Assembly (NCBI GenBank): GCA_028534125.1
Contig: CM052816.1
Span: forward strand, 74,278,001 to 74,342,000
Source: Lama glama
Lineage: Eukaryota
DNA: 64,000 nt
Reading direction: 5' to 3'
Below, piece after piece: positions 12,721 through 24,902 of the stretch. Made by a program: the position numbers and the translations under genes. The notes under the pieces are model-generated. The model had not been told where the DNA came from and did not search any database. It worked only from the letters and a program-made list of their open reading frames with translations. Each line of letters opens with the position of its first letter. The stretch's first letter is position 1.

Positions 12721-15279
12721 TAGAAAAATCCTGAAAGGATCAGGGAAACTAGGAGCTGGTCTTTGAAAAGATGAACATAATTGACAAACTTTTAACCAAA
12801 CTAAGAAAAAGAGAAGAATAAGAAAAAAAATCAGAAATGAAAGAGGAGACATTACAACTGGTACCACAGAACTACAAAGGATCAAAAGAGACTACTAGGA
12901 ACACCAACAAATTGGATAACCTAGAAGAAATGGAAAATTCTTAAAAACATACAACCTACCAAGACTGAATCATGAAGAAATAGAAAATCTGAACAGACCA
13001 GTAACAAGTAAGGGGATTAAATCAGTAATCAAAAATCCCAAACGAGAAAAGCCGAGAACCAGATGGTTTCACTGGTGAATTCTACCAAACATTTAAAGAA
13101 GAATAAACACGAATCTTTCACAACCCTTCCAAAAATCGAAGAGAAGGGAGTACCCCCATACTCATTTTACAAAGTCAATATTACCCCAATACTAAAGCCA
13201 GATAAGGACACTATAGGAAAAGAAAACTGCAGGCCAATATCCCTGACTAATACAAATGCAAAAATTCTCAACAAAATTCTAGCAGACTGAATTCAACAGC
13301 ACATTAAGAGTATCCTATACCATCATCAAATAGGTTTTATCCTAAGGATACAAGGATGATTCAATATACACACATTTAAAAATGTGACACACCACATTCA
13401 TAGAACAAAAGATAAAAACTATCAAATAATCTTAATAGATTCAGAAAAGAGCATTTGACAAAACATCCTTTTATGATAAAAACTCGCAATAAATTTGTAT
13501 AGAAGAAACATACATCTACGTAATAAAAACCATGTTTGACAAGCCATGCTAACATCATACTTGATGGTGAAAGACTGAAAGCTTTTCTTGTAAGACTAGG
13601 AACAAGACAAGGTGCCAACTCTCACCACTCCTGTAAACATAATACTGGGAGTCGTAGCCATAGCAATCAGACCAACGAACCAACCAATCAACAAACCAAC
13701 AAACAAATTAATAAATAAATGGTATCCAAACAGGAAAGTTAGAAGTAAAATTGTCTTTGTCTGCAGATGGTCTGATCTTACATATACAATGCAAAAGATT
13801 CCACCAAAAAATTATTTGAACTAAGCTACAAATTCAGTAAAGTTGCAGGATAAAATATCAACATACAGATATCAACTGTGCTTCTACACACTAACAGCAA
13901 ACTATCTGAAAAAGAAATTTTAAAAACCCCATTAACAATTGCATAAAAAACAATAAAATATTGAGGAATAAATTTAACTAAACACGTGGAAGATTTGTAC
14001 ACCGAAAGCTATACAATACTGATGAAAGAAATTGGAGAAGACATGAATGAATGGAAAGGTAGCCTGTGTTCGTGGATCAGACAAATTAACACAGTTAGGA
14101 TGTCCACACTATACAAAACCTTCTACACATTCAGTGCAACCCCTATGAAAATTCCAATGACATTTTTCACAGAAATAGAAAAGAAATCCTAAAATTTGTG
14201 TGGAATTATAAGAGATACAAATAGCCAAAGCAATCCTGAGAAAGAACAAAACTGGAGCCATCACACTTTCTGATTTCAAACTGTGCTACAAAGATATAGT
14301 AATCAGAACAATATGGTACTGGCAGTAACCAATGGAACAGAACTGAGAGCCCAGAAATAAACACAAGAATATACAATCAACTAATATTTGACAAAGGAGC
14401 CAAAAATACTCAATGGGGAAAGGATAGTCCCTTCAATAAATGATGTTGGGAAAACTAGTAACCACACTGAGAAAAGTGAAATTGGATCCTTCTCTTACAC
14501 CACTCTCAAAAATTAACTCAAAATGGATTAAAGACTTAAACATGAAACCTGAAACCTTAAACTTCTAGAGGAACATAGGGGAAATCTTAATATTGGTCTT
14601 GACAATGATTTTTGCATATGACACAAAAAGCCCAAGCAACAAAAGTAAAAATTAATAAGTAGTGTTATAGCAAATAAAATTCTTCTGCATAGCAAAGGAA
14701 ACAATCACAAAATGAAAAGGTAACCTACAGAATGTGAGAAAATGGTTGCAAACCATATACCATGTAAGGGGCTAACATCCAAATACATAAAGAACTCTCA
14801 TAACACAATAGCAAAAAAATCTAATTAAGAAATAGTCAGAGAAACTGAATAGACACTTTTTTTCCCCAAAGACGACATATAAATCGCTAGCAAGTACATG
14901 AAAAGATACCAACATCACTAATCATGAGGGAAATGCAAACCCAAAGCACAATGAGGTATAACTTCACACCTTTTAGAATGGTTATCATCAAAAGACAAGA
15001 GATAACAAGTGTTGGTAAGGATGTGGATGTGCACTGTTGATAGCAATGTAAAATGGTGCAGCCACCATGGAAAATAGTATGGAGGTTCCTAAAAAAATTA
15101 TAAATGGAATGATCATATGATCCACCAATCCCATTTCTGGGTATCGATCCGAAGGAAATGAAATCAGGATCTTAAAGAGGTACCTGCACTCCCATGTTCA
15201 TTGCAGTATTATTCACAATAGCCAAGACATGGAAACAATGTAAGTGTCAGTCAGCAGATGAATGAATAAAGAAGATGTG

Positions 15280-15316
<37 letters not shown>

Positions 15317-16003
15317 AATACTACTCAGCCATGAGAAAGAAGGAAAACTTGCCATTTGCAACAACATGGATGGATCTTGAGGACATTATGCTTAGGGCAA
15401 CAAGTCTGACGGAGAAAGATAAACACTGTATGGTCTCACTTACATGTGGGATCTAAAAAAAGCTGAACTCATAGAAACAAAAAGTAGAATGACGATTGCC
15501 AGGACTGGGATATGGGGGAAATGGGAGATGTCAAAGGGCACAAACTTCCAGGGCACATCTTCAGTTGGAAGATGAATAGTTCTGAGGAGTCCAACAGTCA
15601 ACAGGGTGATTATCGTTACTAATACTGCCTTGTATACTCGAAAGTTGCGAAGAGAGTAGGTCTTAACTGCTCTCATCATAAAAAGAAATGGTAACTATGT
15701 GAGGTGATGAAGTTGATAGCTAGTGCTACAGTAGTAATCATTTCACAATGTATGTGTATTAAATCAACACATTGTACACCTTAAAACTTACACAATGTTA
15801 TATGTCAATTATTTCGCAATAAAGCTGGAGGGGAAAAAATAAAAATCAAAATGTCACTTTTACTTTTGGAGGAAAAGCAGCACCGCCTCCTGATGGCTGA
15901 ATTTAAAGTCGTAACGTTGAATCCTCTCAGGACCCAGGTTCTAAGCCATTGCAGGTTCCAGGTTTGCCCTGAACCACAAGGTCACGCTAGAGCCTGGTGT
16001 GCT

Positions 16004-16018
16004 GCTGCCCCCTAGTGG
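16004..16018 (-). promoter_or_regulatory. Candidate CTCF site
   Basis: Reverse complement CCACTAGGGGGCAGC matches the canonical CTCF core. Confidence 0.65.
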
Positions 16019-16195
16019 TGAGTAGGGTGGCGCGGGACCCACTGCTCTGCTTACAGCCTAAGGGGACCCAAAGCTTCCAATCTGGAAGTTAACAAAGGCT
16101 GAAATTGGCTGAACTGTTGAAACCGTCTCCTCCCTTCAAGCCTCCCCAAATAATTGAGTCAGCAGGAGGACCCATCAGGCCCAGCACTTGGGGGG

Positions 16196-16695
16196 NNNNN
16201 NNNNNNNNNNNNNNNNNNNNNNNNNNNNNNNNNNNNNNNNNNNNNNNNNNNNNNNNNNNNNNNNNNNNNNNNNNNNNNNNNNNNNNNNNNNNNNNNNNNN
16301 NNNNNNNNNNNNNNNNNNNNNNNNNNNNNNNNNNNNNNNNNNNNNNNNNNNNNNNNNNNNNNNNNNNNNNNNNNNNNNNNNNNNNNNNNNNNNNNNNNNN
16401 NNNNNNNNNNNNNNNNNNNNNNNNNNNNNNNNNNNNNNNNNNNNNNNNNNNNNNNNNNNNNNNNNNNNNNNNNNNNNNNNNNNNNNNNNNNNNNNNNNNN
16501 NNNNNNNNNNNNNNNNNNNNNNNNNNNNNNNNNNNNNNNNNNNNNNNNNNNNNNNNNNNNNNNNNNNNNNNNNNNNNNNNNNNNNNNNNNNNNNNNNNNN
16601 NNNNNNNNNNNNNNNNNNNNNNNNNNNNNNNNNNNNNNNNNNNNNNNNNNNNNNNNNNNNNNNNNNNNNNNNNNNNNNNNNNNNNNNNNNNNNNN
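16196..16695. other. Assembly gap (500 N)
   Basis: Run of N. Confidence 1.
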
Positions 16696-17875
16696 GGACA
16701 TAAATCTTAGCAATGTTCTCCTAGGGCAGTCTACCCAGGCAATAGAAATAAAAGTAAAAATAAAGAAATGGGACCTAATTAAACTTATAAGCTTTTGCAC
16801 AGCAAAGGAAACTATAAACAAGATAAAAAGACAATCTACAGAATGGGAGAAAATATTTGCAAATGATGTGACTGACAAGGGCTTCATTTGCAGAATATAC
16901 AAACAGCTCATACAACTTAATAAGAAAAAAAACCAAACAACCCAATCCAAAAATGGGCAGAAGACCTAAACAAGCATTTCTCCAGTGAAGACATACAGAT
17001 GGCCAATAAGCACATGAAAAAATACTCAATATGGCTAATTTTCAGAGAAATGCAAATCAAAACTACAATGAAGTATCACTTCACACCAGTCAGAATGGCC
17101 ATCATTCAAAAGTCCACAAACAATAAATGCTGGACAGGGTGTGGAGAAAAGGGAACCCTCCTCCACTGTTGGTGAGAATGTTGTTTGGTGCAGCCATTAT
17201 GGAAAACAGTATGGAGATTCCTCAAAAAACTAAAAATAGACTTACCATATGATCCAGCAATCCCACTCCTGAGTATATATCCAGAGGGAACTCTAATTCA
17301 AGAAGGTGCAACACCCCAGTGTTCATAACAGCACTATTTACAATAGCCAAGACATGGAAACAACCTAAATGTCCATCGACAGATGACTGTATAAAGAAGC
17401 TGTGGTATATTTATACAATGGAATACTACTCAGCCATAAAAAAGAATCAAAGAATGCCATTTGCAGCAACATAGATGGGCCTGAAGATCATCATTCTAAG
17501 TGAAATAAGCCAGAAAGAGAAAGAAAGACACCATATGATATCACTTATATGTGGAATCTTAAGAAATGAGACAAATGAACTTATTTAGAAAACAGAAACA
17601 GACTTACACACATAGAAAACAAACTTATGGTTACCAGGAGGGAAAGGGAGTGGGAAGGGATAAATTGGCAGTTTGAGATTTGCAGATACTAACTACTATA
17701 TTTAAAAAAGATAAAGAGCAACGTCCTACTGTAACTATATTCAGTATTTTATAGAAACCTATGATGAAAAAGAATATGAAAATGAATATATGTGTGTATA
17801 TGTATAACAGAACCATTATGCTGTACACCAGAAATTGACACAACATTGTAAACTGACTATACTTCAATAAAAAAT
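16696..17875 (+). mobile_element. LINE-1 3' portion
   Basis: ORF2 C-terminal 'KIKKWDLIKLISFCTAKETI...EWEKIFAN' and L1 3'UTR ending 'ctatacttcaataaaaaa'. Confidence 0.93.
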
Positions 17876-19109
17876 AATTAATACCCTAAGATGCCATGAA
17901 ATTGTAAAAAAGCAATTAAGATGGAAATCAGTTTCTATGCTATGAATGTAATCATTTGGTCTAGAAAAAACAAATAAAAAATATAGATGGTCAAAACAAA
18001 AAAATAGTGTGCAATTTGTGACATTGTCACCACAGTGCAGTTTTCTCATGCCCTTTTGTGCTCCCTCCACCATGTCCTCCTCGTCCCACCTTCCCCTAGG
18101 CTACCACTGACCTGCTTCCTGTCCATATAGATTAGTTTGAGCTTTCTAGATTTTTATTAAAATGGTGTTTTTAAAAATTTGCATGTTGGAAAATGAAGAT
18201 GTCTCTCTACTTTTTGCACAATTCCTCATCTACTTTTTCCTGCCAGGGTCAATTTGGAGGAAAATATGGAGTAGCCTTCTGGAAACTGTTGTATGGAAAT
18301 ATGTTCATTATTAAAGTATTTTTCTCTGGACCCCAAACCCACTTTTCTGTGCTCTTGTATTGTGATACAGGAGCTAGGACTCTGCAAGCCACATTTCTAC
18401 TTTGTCAACTAGCTCCAAAGTAGTTCTCCGTTAGCAGAAGCTGGAGGGAGACGGCCAGGATGGAGGGCAGAGCAAACACTTGCTTCCTCCTGGCTACTTC
18501 CTGAGGATTTCCTGTTGCTTCCCCCTGAAGCAGCATCTTTACCTCTAGAAGGGTAGTTCACCTTTTCATAGCAGCAGCTGAATCCAGTTTGCTGTTTTTC
18601 CTAACATGTATAGAACCAGCTTCATGTCGTCCTCCCAGAAACACCAGCATCAGCCCATTCTCTCATCAAAGATCTGGTTTCAGCCCCACAGCCCCTCCAA
18701 GCTCAGAGAAAGTAGTGCCAGTTCAGTACTGCCGCTGCCTCTCCAATCTGGGTTTCACCTCAGCAATGCCTTCCCTTTACACTTCAAAGTTTAATAATCC
18801 AGTCTCTTCCCTGTTTCCCCAACTGCTCCTGTAGTTGCTCTCTGTGATATCTTGGATTTCTCTTTTTACCCTTTAAGTTATGTATCTGATAACTTTCTAC
18901 CTAGTTTCTAATTCTGTATTTTAAATTCTGTCTGTTCAAATGACTAGTGTGTTTTCTGTCACCTGCCTGGATTCTGAAGATTATGGGAACAGACAAATGT
19001 ATTTGTCATAACTCTTGTCAAAAATTTTCTTGCCTGGGATTGATATTTTCTTCTCCTTTTAAAGAAAATACACAAAAGGAATTGTCTACACAAAGAAATG
19101 CCATTGTGT

Positions 19110-19492
19110 TGGCAGTGGGTTGAATGGTGGCCTCCCCAAAGACATGTCCATGTCCTAATCCTCAGAACCTTTGAATGTGACCTTATTTGGAACAAGTCTT
19201 TGCAAATGTAACTAAATTAAGGATCTTGAGATGAGGAGATTGTCCTGGACTATCTGGGTGGGTCTCAAATCCAATGACTAGTGTGCCCTTATAGGAGTGA
19301 GGTGGAGGTTTTGACACAGAGGAGGAGGCAAAGGACCATGGTGGCAGAAATTGGAGTCGTGTAACCATGGGTCAAGGAATCCTGACAGCTACCAGAAGCT
19401 GTGAGAGACAAAGAACGATTTCTCCCCCAGGGCATTCAGAGCGGGTACAACACTGCTGACACCTGAATTTCAGGCTTCTGGCCTCCAGAAGT
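19110..19492 (+). mobile_element. MLT1-type MaLR LTR
   Basis: 'gggttgaatggtggcctccccaaagacatgtccatgtcctaatcc...gaatgtgaccttatttgg...ctggcctccagaa'. Confidence 0.8.
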
Positions 19493-19925
19493 GACTTCTG
19501 TCACTGACCAGCGGTGTGATTTTATGCGAAGACGGCCAACTTTTCCTTCTGATGATCTGCCTAAAATCTGATGGAGCATCCCAAGCAGAAGGACCCTGAG
19601 TATCAATGGACATACAGTTCCCCCAAAGGATCAGGCACAAAGGATACTTTGCATCAAAGAGTAACCTTCAAAATAGCAAACGCTATGCTTCAGCCGCTCT
19701 ACCTGGAGTTCTTTAAAAAAGAGACAGACAAACGCAGGAACAAACGATGATAACTTTAATGCTATCCAGTCAACAAAACCACATCAACTTCGGAGATCCA
19801 GCAAGATGATTGGATTTTGGCCTGGATCTCATCACGTCTCAGCTTCTGAAGTAATTTGCAAGCTGAGAAAAAGGCACCGCCCACCCTTGATAGCGTTTTG
19901 TTGTAAACCTAAGCTCCCAGGAGAG

Positions 19926-19932
19926 TATAAAT
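19926..19932 (+). promoter_or_regulatory. TATA box of ANXA2R-like paralogue 1
   Basis: TATAAAT 57 nt upstream of the ATG at 19983; equivalent TATAAAT in paralogue 4. Confidence 0.7.
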
Positions 19933-19982
19933 TCGCCAGGAAAGGGTCCTTGAGAACTATCCTCCTCTCTGCGACCGAAGCG

Positions 19983-20510
19983 ATGGCGCAGAACTTTCCT
20001 CCCTGCGTGCGCGAGGCCTGGGATTCTGCAGCGGAGTCCCAGAAACCGGAGATGCTGCAAGTCTTGAGCTTAGCGGACCTTGCGGACTGGCAACTGCCCT
20101 TCTATCCTAAGCTGGGCCAGCTCTCTTGCTACCAGGAAGACTTGGATTGGGAATGCCTTTCCAGTCCCTGCGGGTTTCTGTGCACTTATTGCCCGAAACA
20201 TGGAGCCCGAGCGCCGAGCATCGGCAGGCGGAGCGCCGGGAGGCCCGCCAGGGGCCCGACGCCCGCGACCCGCTATGGTCCGGAGCCACAGGCGCCCCAA
20301 GAAAAGGCGGTCGCCGCTCCCGCAGCCTCGGTTGGCAGGTGGCGCCGCTTCCTGGGCCGCCTGTTGAAGCCCGAGAACGCTGCCGGCGGGGACCCTTCCA
20401 AGCGTCGCCCTGCTCCTGCCCCCGGGAGGCAGCGGATCCCAAGCAGATTTCGAGGCTGGGGGCGGCGGATCCGACTTGCAGTGGCCCGGAGGACCCGGAG
20501 CTGCGAATGA
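19983..20510 (+). CDS. ANXA2R-like paralogue 1, 175 aa, apparently intact
   Basis: MAQNFPPCVREAWDSA...WQLPFYPKLG...LSSPCGFLCTYCPKH aligns with ANXA2R at 26439; strong Kozak gcgATGG, TATA upstream, AATAAA at 20648-20653. Confidence 0.85.
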   Translation: MAQNFPPCVREAWDSAAESQKPEMLQVLSLADLADWQLPFYPKLGQLSCYQEDLDWECLSSPCGFLCTYCPKHGARAPSIGRRSAGRPARGPTPATRYGPEPQAPQEKAVAAPAASVGRWRRFLGRLLKPENAAGGDPSKRRPAPAPGRQRIPSRFRGWGRRIRLAVARRTRSCE

Positions 20511-20647
20511 GCCCCGAGATTTGAACTGAGCCCCTCACCGCCCCGGACAAGTGATGTTCCAGCCACATCTCTGCGTTTGCTCCATAGAGATGGAAGTCAT
20601 TTGTCTTTAGAATTCTTAGTGAAATTCCTTTTCGGTACTTAATACTT

Positions 20648-20653
20648 AATAAA
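20648..20653 (+). terminator. Polyadenylation signal of paralogue 1
   Basis: AATAAA followed by T/GT-rich sequence; conserved in copies at 39390 and 44309. Confidence 0.7.
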
Positions 20654-23083
20654 GGTGACGAAAAACGATGTAACAGTCCATTTTTCTTTCCCCAGAGGCC
20701 CTGGTTTGTCTTTTGGGGAAGACTAGGCGCACGGGCGGCGGTGGCCAGTACCAGTTCCCGCGCCGCATCCTCGGTCGCCGGGTTTTGCTCGGCACGGGCT
20801 AGACCCTGGGGTTTCCGATGGAAACAGGCATCCTGGGTGACGTGGGGAGGGGACTGGGGTGGAGCGTGGGCTTCCGTCTGACTCCGCGACACCCGCTGGG
20901 CCTCCCAGAACAGCAGATAGGCCGTCCGCAGCCCCAGCTCCGTGGCCCTGGCCCTTCTTGGCCTGGAGTCCTCAGGACCCTCCAGGCATCTGCACGCGGC
21001 TCTGCTGCCGCCTCCACCGCATTTCCCCCACTCCTCCCTGAACTCACCCAGAAGTTCACCCTCCCCTCAGGGACTAGACCCCAGCTAGTCTCCCTAATCC
21101 CTCTGAATCTCCGCAACACTTTAACCAGCAGCACCGGTCAGGAACTGGCTGAGCTGACCTGCTGCCAGATAGCCAGCGTGGAAGTCAAGGGTATAATGAT
21201 CCCGGACTAGTGGCCGGGAAACCAGCGCCCCCTTCCCAGACCCAAGAGGATGGGCCGAGCGCTCCAGGATCCGGCAGTGGGCATGCTCAGAGCAATTCCT
21301 CCTCCAACTGGCTGTCTTTTCCAAGGTGCCAGATTTCTCCATCCAAAAGGGACTTGAGTTAGGGCGTTCACCCCTTCCTGGGGGTGAAAGCCAGCTCTTT
21401 CTGGAGTAAAACGCCTTTCCAATGTGAATCACTGTATCAGGCTCAGCACAGGCCACGACTTAGAATCCTCCCAACTAGACGAAGAGGATATTAATCTGCT
21501 GCTTCTCCTGGGCCTGGCATCCTGAAGCAATTTACACTGAAGGTTAACATCAACATCTAGATTTCAGCACCTTGTTTCTGATGACTTATAGGTCCAGCAT
21601 TTGCCTTCCCTCTCTCCTCCACCTCTCTCTTGGCCCAGACATGCTATTACACTGTGTAGGAGAGTGAAAGTTTGGAACGTCATCTGTCTTGCTGCAAGGG
21701 GTTGGGGTCTGGAAGCAAGAAGTGGGAGCCAAGTTACTCCCCTCCCTACACTGGGTAGAAGCCCGAGTCTGACAACCTCCAGGGACTGATCTGAGGCTCA
21801 GGGGAATGCTCTATTTCTGTGCAGATGGGAACCACTCACTGTGTGGGAGAGAAATACTGAGGACTCAGAGACTGTCTCTGCACAGTAAGTAGTTTGGGAG
21901 TCCCCAAAAAGACTGCCTGGAGTTGACACTTGTGCTCCTCTCTGGCCCAAATTTAGCCCCAGGGAAGAAGAATACTGCAGATCAGGTGTCTGCGTGGAAA
22001 AGTCACAAAAACCCCAGTGTAGGTGGTGATGGGTGCCCACAGGGCAAGGATCTGGAGTTCTGCCCTCTCTGAGACTACCTGGGTGGCTACCTCAGTGCTT
22101 TCTCCTCCAACTTCGTTAGAAACACCCCCTTGAATTCAAGCCCTGTTGCTACAGTCACTGGCTTCCTTGTGTTCCAGTCCCCAGGGCATAGTTTGGGATT
22201 GTGCAGATATGACCATCATTTTTTAAAAAATCATACATTGGAAAACATGTCTGTTCTTTATAATTTCTTGCTTATAGAAGTGGGATTCTGGGTTAAGAGC
22301 ATTCATATTGAAATTTTTAATGCATATTGCCACATTGTCTTTCCAAAGATCCTTTTAAATTCATACACAAAAGTTCTGTTGGGAAGTTACTACTTTACCA
22401 ACAGTAGAACAAATGAAAAATTTTAATGTAGGCCACTATGGTAGTCAAAGTTATGTCATTTTAAAAAATGACACTTTGCATTTCATTGACCTTAATGAAC
22501 CCTGAACTGGGTCCCTGCTCCCCTGTCAGACACAAGCCCACCTCCCATCCCTTTTAATCCTGGCTCCATCCACCCAAATCAATTGCACAGGCAGAGAATA
22601 AGGAAACAGACTTTAATCATTGTGCACAATTGGAATTAACATGAAAAGCACGAATATTCTGAGTACATCTGCAAGAAACATCCTTAAGATAGTATTGATT
22701 CCCTGAAAAGAGATTTCTTATTGAAAAACCTGTCAGTAATTCAGGAATGAAAGGACAATAAAGAATATTCTGCACTACAGAGACCCTGAGGCTCATCCCC
22801 GAGCAAGGCTGGGGCCAGGGGAGAAGTCCAGACAGGCAGAATGAGGGCCTCCACTGGGGTGACTCCGTGACTCCAGTCCAGGGCATGGGTTGAAGGGTTG
22901 CCGTGTGGCAGGGCATAAGGCTGCCATCCTTCCTTACTTTGTGGAGTTCCTGGGTTTCAAGCCTCATTTTTCAGCAGTCTCAGGGGGTGGGGATGGGAGT
23001 GGGTGGGGCTGTCTTGGGATCCTGGGAGGCAATCTGGCTGCTTGTCTGTCCACCTCCGCTGCTGCTGGCATCTCCTGACTGGT

Positions 23084-23437
23084 TCAGGCCCTGTTGAGCT
23101 GCGTGGTCTGTAGCTCTGGCCTCTTCTTGGTGGGACAGTTGTTCCATCCCGGATGAGCCATTGGCTCCTGGGCTTGTGGGTCTCGACAGCGTTTTGGGCT
23201 GCTCTCAACTTGGGGACCGTCTGCATGCTCGGTGCAAGCACGAAGCAGCCTCTCACATGCACCATAGTGCCCGTCCCCGTAGGACTGGGGCATTGGCAGG
23301 AGGGGCGGCTCAGCGCGGGGAAGTTATCCAGAACCCAGGCCCAGGCCTGGTTCTGGGTTCAGGCCCCATGGCATGTGGGGCTCTGGATGTGCCCACCTCC
23401 AAGACAGCTCTTGCAGGGTGGATGCATGGGATTCCAT
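23084..23437 (-). pseudogene. Disrupted copy of the 117-aa divergent ANXA2R-family gene
   Basis: Same 354-nt span as 43026-43379; +1 insertion ~23350 gives TAA at 23324-23326 after 37 aa, then a -1 deletion ~23288; TATA lost; ATTAAA at 22612-22617. Confidence 0.8.
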
Positions 23438-24409
23438 CTCTTCAGCCTTCTTACTGGACTGGGACTAGTTGCCTGTCTAAGCAAAGGGGCAAGTGATTCA
23501 GTCATTTACTGAGTGTGTCTGTCTTGTATAGGACATCAGGAAACCTAAGTTCCAGATAGGTGGGGATAGGCACTCATTTACCTTTCAAATTGCCTTGGAG
23601 CCTCATGGGATAGAGGAGAAAACTGCGTCTTTCTGGGAGGCACTATGGAAATTAAGAGCGGTTTCATTGATGGAGTTAGAGGAGGGGGATGGGAGGAGAG
23701 GAAGTTCCCTGGGGAAAGTTCAGTCCTGGTCGGTTCCACTCCTGCAGGAAAAAACTCTCTACTCAGCAGGCAAAGCTGCCAAATTACACTTCACATGTAG
23801 GTCTAATAATTTAACAGCTCAGAGAGGATTGCCTGATTTTAGAGATGAGGTTCCATGATGGCAGATCCTCGCCAGAATACAAAGCTAGTTTCAGCAGGAG
23901 CTGGATTAAGATACCAGATTTTCATGTAGGCATATCAGGAAGGGAAACAAGTAAAGGAGTGATTAGGTAAGGGTAGGAAAAGGAGAGTGCTTACTTAGAG
24001 TTGTAATATTTCTATTTTTGTCTACAGTAGCTTAGTGGAATCAAAGAGAGATCTCAAGTTTGCCCTGATTTTCATACCTACACGACAAATTGAATTGAGT
24101 GAATGCCATGTTTTTTTTTATCTTGTTGGTAGGACCCCTACCCTATTTTATATGACTATGAATATTCTATCATTAGTGATTCTCATTTCTCTGCTTCCTT
24201 TCTTCCATATAATTTTTCTTGTTAATAACTACTGTACTTTTAATGAGTATTTTGGTAATTTTCAGTGTGGTACTATATAGTATTGTTTTGCATGCCTATA
24301 TATTCAACTTATGTAAAAGCAAATGTGTTCTCTTTAGGCAGTTTAGATAGAAATGAGCACTGGGCAGGGGGAGAGGAAGGGGAAAGGAACAACCCAGAAG
24401 ATAAAAGTG

Positions 24410-24902
24410 TGTCTGCATTCAGGAAAAAGGACTCCAGAAATTTTTACTTTCTCTAAATGAGGGCCAGCAAAAGAAGCCAGTTAAAATCAACACGCTGCAG
24501 CTGTGCGTAAGAGGACCAGACGCAACTTGAACCAATGAACCTGCCCAAAAGGGGATGGGCGTGCCAGAGCGTAGGAATCTGAGTTGTCAATCAACCAGAG
24601 CACAAAGAACCTGAGCTGTCAATCAGCTCCATCACTCAAAGAACCTGAGCCCTTAATCAATCACCAAAAAAAATGCCCCCAAGCCAAGATATAAAAACAG
24701 GAAAAACAAAGGAGCCACGCCATTTTTCCTCTCTTGGATTGGCCCGCTCCCAATTCTCAGGAGTGTACTATCTTTTACTACCTTTTTACTTCACTAATAA
24801 AACATCTTGCTTATGTCACGCTTTCTGTCTCTCATTAAAAATTCTTTTTTTTTCAGGTGACTAAGAACCGAGGTAATTGTTATTTCCCTTTTCCCGGTAA
24901 CA
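24410..24902 (+). mobile_element. Solo ERV LTR
   Basis: TG...CA ends, 5-bp TSD AAGTG (24405-24409 and 24903-24907), TATAAAA at 24690, AATAAA at 24796, short U3 repeats. Confidence 0.88.

Larger units (their letters stand above)
9540..15845 (+). mobile_element. Composite LINE-1 block (5'UTR, ORF1, inverted fragment, degenerate ORF2, 3'UTR)
   Basis: ORF2 remnants '[30 protein letters not shown]' and 'ANIILDGERLKAFLVRLGTRQG'; minus-strand L1 piece ~11835-12380; A-rich tail ~15835. Confidence 0.92.

Noticed and set aside
16105..16969. Long ORFs across the first gap (likewise 44929-45802)
   Set aside because: Artefacts of N runs
19806..19982. 59-aa N-terminal extension of the 234-aa ORF
   Set aside because: Begins upstream of the TATA box and has no counterpart in the paralogues; the family start is ATG 19983
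20107..20892. 261-aa minus-strand ORF
   Set aside because: GC-rich antisense frame of paralogue 1; no conserved equivalent in the other copies
23153..23512. Plus-strand ORF MSHWLLGLWV... with a signal-peptide look (also 43095-43469)
   Set aside because: Antisense shadow; TATA, Kozak, polyA signal and family motifs are all on the minus strand
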